Shown here: positions 4,382-5,214 of the stretch, one piece after another | Layout: every line of letters starts with the position of its first letter | Numbering within the stretch: the stretch's first letter is position 1 | Source of the DNA: a virus | DNA length: 5,214 bases | Reading direction: 5' to 3' (one strand) | Virus record (IMG/VR): IMGVR_UViG_3300045988_031142 | Location: 1-5,214 of that record | The notes under the pieces: model-generated | The model's database searches: none | Told to the model about the DNA's origin: nothing | The model's input: only the letters and a program-made list of their open reading frames with translations | Position numbers and translations under genes: made by a program

Positions 4382-5214
4382 ATGTCTGATTTTTCTGAAG
4401 CTTTAAACACTGGTGCCAATCAGATTGCTCATATGCAAGGCGTTGCACAGGCAAATAATGCATGGTCTGCCGGACAAGCTCAAATTCAGCGTGAATGGCA
4501 GGAGCAACAGAATGCTAAGGCTATGGCTTTTAACCAGAATGAGGCTGCTAAAAATCGTAACTGGCAGGAGATGCTTTCTAATACTGCTCATCAGCGTGAG
4601 GTGCGTGACCTTATGGCTGCTGGTCTTAATCCTGTGTTATCTGCCATGAATGGAAATGGCGCTTCTGTCGGCTCCGGCGCTACCGCTCAAGGTGTGACCT
4701 CGCAAGGTGCTAAAGGTGATACAGATACTTCCGCTAATGGCGCTATTGCTAATCTGCTTGGTTCTATCCTCTCTGCTCAGACCCAAATAGAGGCCGCTAA
4801 TATCAACGCTAAGACACAGGAAGCCGTTGCAGATAAGTATACTGCCATGGAGAAGATTGTTGCTGAGACTGCCGCTGCTGCTTCGCGTTATGGTGCTGAT
4901 ACTTCTTCCGCCGCTTCTCGCTATGGTGCTGATACCTCTGCCGCCGCTTCTCGCTATGGTGCTGATAAGTCTGCTTCTGCTTCTCGTTATCATTCTGATC
5001 GGAGTTATGAAGCTTCTCGTTATGGAAGTGATCGCGCTGCTATGGCATCTATGTTTGGTTCTTCTCAGATGGCTTCTGCATCTCGTTATGGTGCGGAACA
5101 GTCTCGTCTTGCTTCTCAGTATGCTTCTGACAAGGCTTATGCTGCATCCCGCTATGGTGCTGATAAGTCTTCTGCTGCATCCCGCTATGGTGCTGATAAG
5201 TCTTCTGCTGCATC
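4382..5214 (+). CDS. VP2 minor capsid / DNA pilot protein, 3'-truncated by the window edge. It continues at window position 56 (or equivalently 1) through to the stop at 174-176. Full length ~317 aa.
   Basis: ATG at 4382 is 6 nt after AAGGAG. The frame stays open to the window end (277 codons); the supplied ORF track lists only ORFs with an in-window stop, so it misses this one. N-terminus MSDFSEALNTGANQIAHMQGVAQANNAWSAGQAQIQREWQEQQNAKAMAFNQNEAAKNRNWQEMLSNTAHQREVRDLMAAGLNPVL: the Gln/Asn/Ala-rich helical region and the …LMAAGLNP… motif are typical of gokushovirus VP2. The position after VP1 is as expected. Confidence 0.85.
   Translation, partial: MSDFSEALNTGANQIAHMQGVAQANNAWSAGQAQIQREWQEQQNAKAMAFNQNEAAKNRNWQEMLSNTAHQREVRDLMAAGLNPVLSAMNGNGASVGSGATAQGVTSQGAKGDTDTSANGAIANLLGSILSAQTQIEAANINAKTQEAVADKYTAMEKIVAETAAAASRYGADTSSAASRYGADTSAAASRYGADKSASASRYHSDRSYEASRYGSDRAAMASMFGSSQMASASRYGAEQSRLASQYASDKAYAASRYGADKSSAASRYGADKSSAA
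4880..5214 (+). repeat. In-frame tandem array of a 33-bp (11-aa) unit, consensus A-S-R-Y-G-A-D-K/T-S-S-A. Ten units, continuing into window positions 1-98.
   Basis: Units read from the translation: SRYGADTSSAA, SRYGADTSAAA, SRYGADKSASA, SRYHSDRSYEA, SRYGSDRAAM…, SRYGAEQSRLA, SQYASDKAYAA, SRYGADKSSAA, SRYGADKSSAA, SRYGSDKSFDA. The last copies are identical at the nucleotide level (gctgataagtcttctgctgcatcccgctatggt at 5159-5191, again from 5192, and at 33-65). Confidence 0.9.

Noticed and set aside
3855-4649. Long hydrophobic + strand ORFs 3855..4406 (183 aa) and 4413..4649 (78 aa); likewise 2183..2425, 2883..3077 and 2965..3171.
   Set aside because: All are +1/+2 frames inside VP1, VP2 or VP3. 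The genes strongly prefer T at codon position 3, which becomes position 2 in the +1 frame. That gives stop-free, Leu/Ile/Val/Phe-rich pseudo-ORFs. 3855..4406 even runs across the VP1 terminator and the VP2 ribosome-binding site. No Shine-Dalgarno sequences.
979-4993. Minus-strand ORFs from the track: 979..1491, 1555..1815, 2308..2874, 2855..3259, 3515..4135, 4403..4591, 4637..4993.
   Set aside because: Microviridae genomes are transcribed from one strand. These ORFs lie antisense to well-supported genes, lack ribosome-binding sites, and have odd, low-complexity translations. 4637..4993 (…ISTIARSGGRGISTIARSGGRS…) is simply the reverse-strand reading of the VP2 33-bp repeat array.
4880-5214. 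Tandem 33-bp repeats as a CRISPR array or satellite.
   Set aside because: The units are directly adjacent with no spacers, they stay in-frame within an ORF that has a proper start and ribosome-binding site, and they encode a regular 11-aa peptide repeat. This is a coding repeat.

Overview
The window looks like a complete circular Microviridae genome (Gokushovirinae-like ssDNA phage), linearised inside the VP2 gene. About 55 nt are duplicated at the two ends, implying a unit length near 5159 nt. All credible genes are on the + strand in the order (VP2 C-terminus) – 26-aa membrane ORF – intergenic region – VP4 replication initiator – 37-aa basic protein – VP5 – small ORF(s) – VP3 scaffold – VP1 major capsid – VP2. 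VP4 shows the N-terminal MxCxHP start, the HUH motif HYHAII and the catalytic-Tyr motif YTARYIMKK. VP2 has a C-terminal array of ten 11-residue SRYGADxSSAA repeats. The points most worth a second look are: (a) an unannotated 26-aa single-transmembrane ORF, translationally coupled (TGATG) to the VP2 stop, as a candidate lysis or membrane protein; (b) the 33-bp / 11-aa tandem repeat array in the pilot protein VP2; (c) a perfect 14-bp hairpin in the intergenic region whose loop carries CTTGAT, a candidate Rep nick site or origin; (d) intrinsic terminators after VP1 and after the VP2 module, and a near-consensus sigma70 promoter upstream of VP4; (e) tight overlaps (ATGA, TGATG, ATGGCTGA) and small unannotated ORFs of 37, 45 and 43 aa. 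I treat the minus-strand ORFs and the +1-frame hydrophobic ORFs as artefacts of the strong third-position T bias.
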